DNA from: Vicugna vicugna
Taxonomy: Eukaryota
NCBI GenBank assembly: GCA_013265495.1
Contig: MU058337.1
Coordinates: 5,002,716 to 5,066,715, forward strand
DNA: 64,000 nt
Direction: 5' to 3'
Part shown: in pieces, positions 26,080 through 37,000 of the stretch
How the letters are laid out: every line of letters starts with the position of its first letter
Numbering within the stretch: the stretch's first letter is position 1
Translations under genes and position numbers: made by a program
Notes under the pieces: generated by a model
The model's input: the letters and a program-made list of their open reading frames with translations, nothing else
Database searches by the model: none
What the model was told of the DNA's origin: nothing

Positions 26080-26090
26080 GTGAGTGAGTG
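26044..26090 (+). repeat. (TG)n/(TGAG)n compound microsatellite
   Basis: TG tract ending in TGAG units. Confidence 0.95.
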
Positions 26091-26319
26091 ACACGGGGAA
26101 CATCCCAGTTCTCCCTCAGTTTCTGCCTAGTGCTGTGTATCTCTTTGCATCTTTCCAGGAAGTCTTATCACCTAACATCAGCAGAGCTTCTGACATTAGA
26201 GTCCCCCTAGTTTGTACAGTGAACTGATCGTTTGCACAATAAGATGTAGAGGCAATGAATCACAATACAGCCCTGCTTCTGGTTTAGCGAAGCATCTCCC
26301 TCTCGGGTCCATAAGTTCG

Positions 26320-26625
26320 GGCAGGTAAACGAGCGGATCAACCTGGGTCTGAGAAGCAGGGGACAGTGGTGGCAGCGGAGGAGGCCACTCAGCACCCTGT
26401 GATTGGGTGTCGAAGGCATGTCGGGCTTGTGCTGCTAAATCTTCTGATTTTTTCAAGAGAAGCTAGAAATGTCAATTTTATGTGAGTTTTTCTGATTTTT
26501 AAATGTGGGTTCCATTAGCTGAAAAAAACAAAAACAGTAAAAGGGGCAAAGAAAATATCTGTGCACAAGCTTTGTTCTGTGATGTTGGATTTACCACTCA
26601 CAAGAAGCCTGAGTTTTTGGCAGCC
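26320..26625. mobile_element. MER102-like hAT-Charlie element
   Basis: atcttctgattttttcaagagaagctagaaat...ttttatgtgag...ctgatttttaaatgt matches recalled MER102 core. Confidence 0.6.
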
Positions 26626-27877
26626 CTCTTGCAATGGCAGTTGGGGTGTAAATCAGTAACTATTTTCTATGATTTTTTTTCTTCCCCAAAATGATCTTGC
26701 TCTTAGCTCATCTCATGAAATAAGATTTCACTGTGTAGTTCAGAGTTTTTATTTTTTTGCTGGAAAGTTCCAAGTCCCATATCTGCAAGATGGGCAGTGA
26801 TGAGTTGTGACATGTGTCCAGTATATCAATTGTCAGCCCAAGTGACACTAAAATGAAAAGCTGTCATTTTGTACCAGAAACTTATTCGCTTTATTTCCTG
26901 TTGTTTTGGGGATCCAAAGTGATGGTGGTTCCTGGATGTGAATCAAGAGTCTTAGCTCTGATCTAAGGATTTCATCTGACAATAAGAAAATCGCTTACAG
27001 TTGTCAGCTGTAATTGGTCATCTTCATATCACCTTCACCCTCTGTTTTTCTTTCTTTTCATTTTTTCTACCCAAATTTTTCTTAGACTCTGTATTCCTAG
27101 TAAGATGGCTTCTGGTTGTAATATTATTCCCTGTGACAATTCCAGATCCTTTTACCATGATCATTTTGACTTACACTTTCTTTTTTCTCCTTTGTCACAG
27201 ATAAAGGCCAAACGAGGCTTTAATAACATTTCTGGTGACCTTTATTAGGTGCTGTAATTCATTGTACTCGTTCCCTAGGAAACGTTAATGCTGTGTTCAT
27301 TTTGGTTTTAAATGCCAATATATAAACACATCCAGCTTGTCACTTGACATCCAGAGAACTTTACTTTCCAAAAGGACACATTAGACCCAGCTGCCTCATT
27401 GCCTTAATGCTCACAGATCCTACATTTTTTGATAGCATTTTATCTATGTGGTTTTCAGCAAACATTTACCAAACTTGTTTTTGTTATACCAACTATAATG
27501 CAGATTTGGTACAGACATTTGTGCCAAAGAACCCTTTGCATTTGAAAGCCTGTGCTAGTTTTTCTTTTGCTCAGTCAAGGAGCCAAATGAAGTGAAGGTT
27601 TGGCAGTGCTGATGGAAAATATTTAAACTCAGGTAAACTTGACTTGAAATTGGCCATGATAGTTTTCAAATTTAACACTAACAGATGAATGAGTAAGGTC
27701 GAGGCTCTTGACTGGATCCAGGCTTCTAGAAATCTCTTATTCTACTGTCTTTGAGCTACTGCAGAAGATTGTGGTAGATACGCTAATAATAATCTCCTTT
27801 CTGGTAGGAAGTATTGGAAATATTGAAAATATTAGCAAGAAGAGCTTCACCAAAGGATAGATGTGCTTGTAAAATCA

Positions 27878-27990
27878 CTCACCTGAAACATTTATTGAAC
27901 AAGTGTTCTCTACACACCACTTGATGTTGTGCAGTTCCCAGGGAGTGAGATGAGATTTCTGAACTTACAAACATTTTAATGCAAAGGTGG
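27878..27990 (-). mobile_element. L2 3' fragment
   Basis: cactcacctgaaacatttattgaacaag...ctgaacttaca. Confidence 0.5.
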
Positions 27991-30053
27991 TGGGGTGGGG
28001 GTTGTGGAAATGGCAGGAGGGTACAGCAGTCAGCTCCTGAAGGCCAGAGGACCGCATACACTGTATTAAACCTCACTGTGCTTCAGACCCCTATATGTTA
28101 ATGCTGCATGTTTGTTTCCTGCACGCAGCACCTTGGGGCGCATTCTTATGTAGTCCCCCCAGCAACCCTGCAGAGTGCAGTGGGTGACAGTCCCACGTTA
28201 CACTCACAGGAGAAGCAGGTTTTGAGAGATGTTGTGTTCATGGAAGGCCATCCAGGTGGGAAGAGAAAGGCACAAAGAACAACAAAGGAGTAGGATTTCA
28301 ATTAAATGAGGGAGCATCCATCCTGGAGAAAAAAAAAGCACAGAAATATTCAAAACCTTAGACTCAGCCTCAGGTGAGGCTGCTGACACTTCCAGAGCTT
28401 AAAGCCGATCCTCTGGTTGCTGTCACAAAGGCACAACAGGGAAATATGTAGAAAACGCAGTCTGGAAAATTCAATAAATGCCTATAACTCTTTTCCCTTA
28501 TATTTGGTTTTGAACTTGATCACATTCTAAGTAAGAGCTGAAGGCAAGCCTGTAATGGCCAAGTCACATGGAAGGAACTGATTCGGTCCCTGATAGCCCC
28601 AAGCTCTGGGTTCAGCAGGTTAGCTTAGCCAAGTGCTCCGTCTCAGGACCGCTGTGTCTTATTACACTTGCAGATACTTCAGAATTTTCCTTAGTGCTTA
28701 CATACACTTGCAGGTTTCCTGGAGGGAGGACGATGATTACAGTCCCCCAGATCCATTTTCCCATTCAGAGTCCTAATTACCAGTTAATTGCTCTAATCTG
28801 ACAGCAGCGACCTGGACAGGAAACCAGGAAGGCAGACATTTCAGCATCCTCAGAGTAGCTGAGTGGCTTTCCCGAGTCACTGAGGCCCCCGACCCTAGTG
28901 TGCCTGCACTCCCCACGTTCTGCGTGCCAGCGGAACCGCCCTGGGGATTTTAGAGAAAAAAATAGGTGATTGGAAACAGCCAGGTATTTCTGTGTGATTT
29001 AATCTTCTCAGTGGGCAGAAGCAAGCAATGGGGTGAGATCCACCACCAGACCAACGACAGTCCCCCACACTGGGGGGTGACCGTGTGAGTGCCTTGGAAG
29101 TGGGCCTGGACAGCCACAGCTGATGGATGGAAGCTGTGAGCCGTCTGGAGAGGAGGGAGGCCAGAGGACAGGATGTGTTCTCCCCAGAATGAAAAGCAGG
29201 CCAGCATGTTCTGGGGAGATGCAGTCAGTCACCGGAGAGCCCGGAGAGTGTCTACTGGCAATCACGCAAGGCTGTGCCTGGAAGAGGCAGCGCTGCTTGC
29301 AGACACGATCCTTTACTTCAGGGGTTTATAACCCAGTGAGAAAACAGATGAGTAAATGCACAGTTAAAATACAGTGCGATGAATCCTCTAAGAAGGGGAA
29401 GCGGAGACAGTGATGTGAGTACGTGGAAGGGGCGATTACTGAGCTTGACGTGTACACACAGCGGGTCTCCCATTCGCTCCTACAACAGCGATCACAAAAA
29501 TGGGTAATAGCTACCCAGTAGGTTAGACAGCGCTGTGTGGCTTCCAGAGGACATGCACAGAGAGTCTTACTTTGTTAGCACAGTATTCAAAAGGTAGGGA
29601 AAGTATTACTGGCTTCGTTTTACAATACACTCTTGACCAAGATGTATTAACGAATATACCATTCATTAGTAACATGAGGATGGCACGTTTTCTAAATTCT
29701 AGTCCAGTGGATTTTCCACACTTGCTTATTCTGTGCTTTGAATATGACTTGGGGACCCAAATGCAGAATTAGCCTTGGGTTCTGCTTTTTAGATAGTACA
29801 CACCACAGTGTCATTGGGAAGACAAAACAGATTATATATTTGCAGATGGAACAGGATTAATTAGCAACGTGACTTGTATCAGTGTGGACCTCCCTGGCGT
29901 GCATATCCATCATGGAGACAGGTTTTTTTTTTTTTCAAGTTTCTTAAAAGGCATACCATGAGCCTTCTAGCAGCCTGTACACATGCCATTTGGTTTAACA
30001 GTCAGCAACCATGGGAGGAAACCCAAAAAGTCAGACAAATTGGAAAAGAAAAA

Positions 30054-30430
30054 TGTTGTGGGCTGAACTGTGTCCCATCCAAATTGACATGTTGACGCTC
30101 TAACCCCCACTACCTCAGAATGTGACTGCATCTGGAGATGGGGTCTTTGAAGAAGCAATTAAGTTAAAATAAGTTCTTTAGAGTGAGCCCTGGTCCAATG
30201 TGATCAGTGTTCTTATAAAAAGAGGCGGCAGACACAGTAACACAAAGGCAAGACCAGGGGAAGACCCAGAGAAGACGGCCATCCGTGAAGCAAGGAGAGA
30301 GGCTTCAGATGAAACCAACCCTGCCAGCATCTTGATTTCACAATTCAGGCCTCCAGAACCTACGAGGAAACAAGTTTCTCTGGTGTAAACCTGGCCAGTC
30401 TGCGGTACTGCTACGGCAGCCCCAGCAGCG
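30054..30430 (+). mobile_element. MaLR MLT1(A/B-like) solo LTR
   Basis: tgttgtgggctgaactgtgtccc...cctcagaatgtgactgcatctggagatggggtctttg...aaccaaccctgccagcatcttgatt...ggcctccagaac...ggtactgctacggcagccc. Confidence 0.9.
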
Positions 30431-32129
30431 AGCCCCGAAGGCGCGCCCTCTTCATAGTGAGAACCAGTGGGGCTCTGTATGTGCAGACAGTTACGTCTTT
30501 GCCGGTGTAAAATCCCTGTGCTGGCAGAGAAGTGGGTAAGACAACAGGAGCAGACACATCATGTTATTTAGTGAGTAAAGGTGCTTTTCCAATTCCGTGA
30601 AACAGGATAAAGTGCGTGGTTGGTGTCACGAGCCAATGCCGTGGTCTGTGGCATCAGGCCAGTGATGGGCACTTTGATGGAGTCACTAGCAGCCCGTCTG
30701 GGCCAGTTGGTGTAGAGGAAGAGAGACATCCAGGGGCTGGTTTTATCAGCCAGGCTCCCGGACGTGGACCAGGGAGTGAGCCAGATGTTGGAGAAGAGGC
30801 TTCGGATCACCGATCAGTGTGCAGTCCAGGTCCACGACAGGTCACAATGAAACCTGAGAAAAAGCTAGTGACTAGTCCACGTTCCCAAAGCCCGGGCAGT
30901 GGGGCCCTCGCAGTGTGACTGTTAAAGCTTCAGGAGCGTACTGGGAGCCCAAACAAACAAACAAACACTCACAATAAGTTAACTTAATCCTTCACAGTCA
31001 GTTCTTTCTAGGTGGTAACCTAGAAAAGACCCAGGGACAATTTATCAAAGAAGGAAGAAGCCTTCTTAACACAGTATTTCTATCAAGCCAGATACCTTGG
31101 TAATGGAATAGGGTGAAGGAAGAAAGTAGCAATAAAATGCATTTTAATTGTAATTTAAATCCAGATATGTTTAATTGTAGTGCCCAGTTACTAAGCAAGT
31201 CAAGAAAGGCTTAAAGTGACATTAAAGTTGCAAAAACCTGTACATCAAATTGCCTAGCACTCAAAAATTGTGCCATTTAATATTATATTTTTACCTGCTT
31301 TTCCTATCTTCCTTTTAGCTTGTGAGGGAGACTGATTTTTGATACTCTGAATATGGAAGTAGAGGCTGTTGTCGGCTGGAATTGCTGAACCTCATTATGA
31401 ACATGTCATCCACAGCAGAGGGCAGCTACGCTCTCTACCTTTGAGGAGTTTATGTATCTGTATGTAATTTTAAAAAATTAGAACTAGAGATATGTCAGTG
31501 TCACATCCACGTGCACACTGCATGCACACACCAGTGAGAAGTGTGTTTTTTCGTCGCGATCACACAGAGAGAGCATCCCAGGGGCAATGAGGGAAAATGA
31601 ATATATTTTGGCAGATGTGGACTCTGCCATTCCCTTTTTATGGGGAGCCGTATGAATAAAGCTAGAAGTGATCCTGAGGGCTGTTCGTGACACAGATGGC
31701 TGAGGCCCAGCCTAAGCCTTTCACGACCCCGCCAGCCCGCTGCTCAGCCCGCCAGCACCGGGCAGTCCACCCTCGCAGCCCTTGGTCCTGTAGGTCGCAT
31801 GTACTGATGTGCAACGACGTGAGTGATGCACAGTTCGGTCTGATTTCTTCAACGCTGTATACTCGTTGCCTTAAACAATCCAAGATGAGCAGCAGGTGTT
31901 TAGTAAGCACATTCTGACCTCCCAAAGCCAAGAGGGAAATTGACAAGTGGGAGAAGGGAAAGATGAGATAGGAGTGAAGAAACAGACATGGAACGGGAAG
32001 ATTACATTAGGACTTGGTACAATTCAAGCATTACAATGATTAAAGGATCTTCAGAATGGCGTTAACTAAGCATTACATGAGATTAAAGCCTAAAAGGGAC
32101 AAAGGCTTATGGCCAACAGTGAAAAAAAA

Positions 32130-33030
32130 AAAGTGCACCGGGAGCATGATCATGTGAAGGGCGCCTCCTGGAGTTGAGCCATGTGGCAGCCCACCCAGGG
32201 AAGGCTTCCTGACAGTAGGTCATTAGCTGAGCCCCAAGGGATCTGAACTAATGGAGAGAAGAAGGGGCTGCATTCCAAGCAGTGGGGAAAGTCCTGAGGA
32301 CAAAAATGAGGAGGGCACATCTGGGATAGTTCCCTGAGCGGGAGGATACTAAGCACTATTAAGAGTTTGCATGAAAAGATATAACGGGACCGCATTGTAG
32401 GAGGCTACTTTTAAGCTACAATGTGCAAACTTTGAACTGTAGGCAGTAACTTTTTGAGAAACCCATAAGGAATACTAATTTGTATTGAGGTGTCGGAGGA
32501 ATTCCAACAGGGAGAAACAGGAAGCAGACCAATTAAGAAATGATTTAATAACCCAGGGATTGCACATAGATTTGAAATATGACTAAAATATGAAATATTA
32601 CGAAAATAGTAAAACTGGGATGAATACAAGGCATAGCCATCATTTCAGTAAGAACTGATAGAAGATAACTACTTTTTGGTTAAGTGTTAAATATGGCTTA
32701 TTCTTAGTGACTGAACGATGATGCCGGTGGTGGGGAACATTCAGGGCAAGGAGCCAGTTGCGGGCACGGAGAAATATTGACTATGCTTAGGGACACATTG
32801 GCTAGAATACAGTGTGAGAATGTTCACTAGATATTAGGAGACAGAACTGGAGTTCAAATGGAAGGTCAGTTATAGAAATGCAGAATTAAGGTTGTGAAGT
32901 CATTAAAAAAAAGGATTAATTGTCTAAGAGAAAGACTATGGATTGAAAAGAACTCATACTGAATTTTAGAGGGATACCTATAATTAAGGGAAATTCAAAA
33001 GAAGGAGAGACAGAGAAGAATGAGAAATAC
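32130..33030 (-). mobile_element. Degenerate L2 body fragment
   Basis: Purine-rich tract with L2 hallmarks (ggagaaacaggaagcagaccaattaaga; gaactggagttcaaatggaaggtcag; gaaggagagacagagaag). Confidence 0.55.
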
Positions 33031-33234
33031 TAGATTTTATTCATTCACTTGGGGTTTGAGTCTTTGCTTATACAAACATTTATTTAATTATTCCTCTGTC
33101 ACCCCAGTTTCTGAATCAGAGTTCCCTTATCATATTAAACACTTACCTAAGAATTAACAAAGTCTGTTCATTTCTTTAAAGTTCTTTAAAAGTTCTTTCA
33201 CTTCTGTCTCATGGCAAAACTGTCAAGTTTGGAA

Positions 33235-33440
33235 TCTAAAAACCAGGTCTCAAATTCTGGCAGTCATTTGCTGAGGAGATGCCCTTGGGCAAGTTTCTTA
33301 AATTCTAAAATCTGAGGCTTCAGCTATAAAATGAGGATGAAAAATACTTCATAATGTTTTTATACATATATATATATGTATGTATATATGAAAGTAACTG
33401 TGATGATGCAGAAAAAGAGGCTATGTCCCAGTAGATATTA
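33235..33440 (+). mobile_element. MIR SINE with inserted TA repeat
   Basis: ggtctcaaattctggc...gcccttgggcaagtttcttaaa...ctataaaatgaggatgaaaa. Confidence 0.7.
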
Positions 33441-33499
33441 GCTCCCAACTCTTCCCTACTTCCTTAGAAATGCAACATTAAAAGGCCATTAGTCAATAT

Positions 33500-34050
33500 T
33501 TATTCATTACACGCGTTCACTCATTTAGTCATTTAGACTTGGAGTTTCTATCATGACTACACATGTTTCGGTGCTGAGGATACATCAGAGGATGGGACAA
33601 AAGCTAGTCTTCTTGAGGTTCACAGACTAGTGGAAGAAAGAGAAAATAAACAAGTAAACGGAAAATATATATAACTTTCGGCAGTGACAGACTCTTTGAA
33701 GTAAAATAAAGCAGCATAAGAGAATGACAAGATCCGTGTGGGAGTAGTTCTGTTTCAGATGTGACACTCGAGGGACATAAGACTTAAAATGAAATAAATG
33801 AGAGCGAGCCCGCCATGGGGAGTGGACGGCCCGTGCAGGGTCCATGTGGTGGCGCTGAGTGGACCGTATGAGGAACAGCAAGGAGACAGCTGTTGTGGCT
33901 GGAGTGGCGTGGCCACGGGGCAGAAGTCAAGGCTGTCGGCCACAGTAAGAGCATGTCGGTCCTCTGAGCTACCATGAGGAGTTGGCAGTTTTTTTCTGTG
34001 AGGGATGAGATGCCACTGGGGATTTTAAAGCAAGGCGGTAGCATCATCTG
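33500..34050 (-). mobile_element. L2 3' region
   Basis: ttcactcatttagtcattt...ggtgctgaggatacatcag...ggctggagtggcgtgg...gagatgccactggggattttaaagcaagg. Confidence 0.7.
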
Positions 34051-37000
34051 CTTTGGAGGAAAATTAGAGTTCCTAAATTCAGTTAAAGAAATGCTATATT
34101 GTGCTGCTCTAAGCCTCTCGTTCCCCCTCCAGCCCTTAGCCTGTATCAGTGCTGCACTTTGAGTTTTGTTCATGGTGAACTGTGGCAAAGATCACTCCAA
34201 GTCTGCATGGAGGTTAAAAAAAAAATCACAATTTTAAACAGTTTATGAAGATTTGATTTAAAAAAAGAAAATAGATGAAATAAATTTCCAGGGCACCACA
34301 CTTGTCCCCTACTCTACTTCAAACAGACAAAGGAAAGAAAGTCTCAGTGTGTGTCATGATACACAGTCCCATTCTTTAGACAGACACCAGTCATTACAAG
34401 TTAGTGATGGAGACTTTGGCTTCATGTTCAAGTACAAAAGTAGCAAAGACTCGAAGTTGTAAACTGGCATGCACATAATGAATCTTTTTTTAAAATGTTG
34501 CAAGAATTTCTTAGAAAAAAAAATGACAACATATGCTTCTTCACAAGTGCCTGCTGGAAAATCACAAAATCAGCAGCAGTATTTCTGGCTGCCGAGAGAC
34601 TGTAACAAAAACTACTTCCAAAAGATCGAGGGTAACAAAGAACCCGAGGAAGCCTTTATAGCGCCACACAGTTTCTGGTTCTTAGCTGGTAGTGGTAATT
34701 CTGTCAAATGACTGGGACAGCTTATTAGTGATGAATTATTTTAGCTTCATCCTAACTTTGAAAAGTAAGTTTTGAACCACTGCCATCCAGTCCATTCCAA
34801 ATACAAAAACCAATGCTCCAGAACATTAAGGGACCCAGTGCCACTCAGTTAATAAGTAAGTTGTTCAACTCAAGACTTCAACTCAAGTCCATTGGGTTCC
34901 AAAGCTTTCTTATATCACATAGAACAACAGAGTGAGAGGTCATTCAGGGCATTACACTTGCTGAAAATAAAGAGATACTTTTTGATTTGTTAAAAAATAT
35001 TTTATTAGAGAAACACATAGCTCATATAATTTTTCTCATTGCTCCTCTGTAACATTGTTATTTGACCAAAAAGAAGGTGCCACTCTTTCTTTTTATAAAT
35101 GTAATAGTCAAATCAAATTACCACTGGAGCACATGAATTAAGCCATATTAACACTGGACAATAAATGAACATATTAAGTCCATAATAATGTTAGGATGAG
35201 TTTTCTGTGGAATATTCTGATCAACAGTTCAAACCCCAAATATGTATAACTTCATGCAAATTTGTTGCTTTATGTGCCTTTTTCTGTTCAGCATTTATTC
35301 ATTTTACATTTATAAGAAACATGAGACATATTTCAAATGGAATTAATATTAATTTAAACACATTTTTAAATCTAAAAATATCTTTGAGGCACAGTTTTCC
35401 CTCAACTGTTATTTCTTTGGAAGTTTTATTAATCCCCAAAATAGACTAAAATCGTTGAAGCTGAGGCTGAGAGCACCGGGTCTGTTATTTATTTTTGATT
35501 GTGGTGAAACCACGTTCTGATTTCTGAATTAGGAAGGAACTTTTATTATTGTTAATATGTGCAAATGACATCCTCGTCTGCCTGACTTTTAGCCCCAGTT
35601 GCAGTCTCTGGCCCTTTCAAAGGATCCTTTAATAACGTATAAAGATAAGAGGATGAAATAACTAAGGAAGGCACCAGGATTAGGAGGCAAGGGGAGGAAG
35701 AGAAAATGATGCTTTGACATCTTCCATGACTTTTTCAGCCATGCATCTTTTGTTAATTGGCAGTAGGCTGTAACTTTGTTGTCAGGCGTATGTTATGAGA
35801 ACAGAGGGATTGACAAATTGGTCTTAGATCTTTTGGAAGCAGTAGAAAGAGTCGAAGCCACTTTCTTTAAGAAATTACTATCTATCTATGTATCCGCATA
35901 CATGCGTATGTTCACATATGTATACAAATACACACAACCATATTCAAAACCCATAGTACAGTCTATAAACACTTTATAGAGAAGGGGAGATTTGTGTGAA
36001 CCCAAAGGGCCAGAATTCATAAAAGGAGCAGAACTTGAACTGCACCTTGAGAATCTTGATGAGCATGTGATAATGGGGAGGGGGAGAAGGAGAGGTGAGC
36101 TCAGCATAGCATTGGCAGAGGCAAAAACAGGAGTCAATGAGCATATTGTAGGTCAAGGTCAGGGAGTTGGCAAGGAGGTCAGCCTGTCTGCCTGCGGGAA
36201 GAGGCTGCCTGCAGGAATGTTGAGAAAGAGCACTGGCTGCAAGCTTAGGCCTGTTGATGATGGTTCAGGCTTCCTCCAATAGGGAAATTGTTTGCACAAG
36301 GAGGACCACGCTGAAATGGTGCTGTTAATAGTCACATGATGTGGCTAGTATTGGCAAGAAGTGGACAATACGTTGGCTGATCTCATGGCAGTGGAGATTA
36401 TTAGATTGGAAAAACACAAAGTGAGATTTTAAAGAAGGACGAACATAATTTAATTATATTCGATCGTTAAGCTAGTGTGGGCAGACCGTTGCTATTGGGC
36501 AGAATAACATACTACAACCACTTCTTAAGTTAATAATTTGACTGCCTGGACTTTCTGTTCCTGATTTACGGAAGCAAGGATCATAGCTATTTGATTTATC
36601 AGCAACTCTCACCAAGTAGCTCAAGGATATGGTTCCCTTCACATGTCTAATCACAGTCTCATTACAGTGTGCATATAGATTTTTCCCCTCTGGGGTTTTA
36701 AAGGGCGTTTGGGGTTTAGAGGAAGTTTGAAATCTCCCTCTCTAACCTTGAGATGAAATTAATGTTATTTTAAACTCAAAACTTTCTCCTGCACATAGTA
36801 GATCATTAATGTAATTGAAAGAGATTTGAAGCCCAGATGTTTATGCATTTGCGATCCCAAAGGCTTCCCCCAGGGAGTCATTCTCCTCTGCAGTTAGAGA
36901 CACAATAGAAAGGCAGCCTCAAAGCAAGAAAACAGTGTCAGTTAAATTCAGATGTCAGCCTGGCTCTCTGGTGACAGCCCTGGAGTGTAACATGGTTACG

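Noticed and set aside
25630..26103. Longest ORF, 157 aa on the minus strand
   Set aside because: Starts across a CA repeat in locally GC-rich DNA; no recognisable domain or splice structure
33784..34188. 134-aa ORF and overlapping ORFs
   Set aside because: Mostly within a GC-rich L2 remnant
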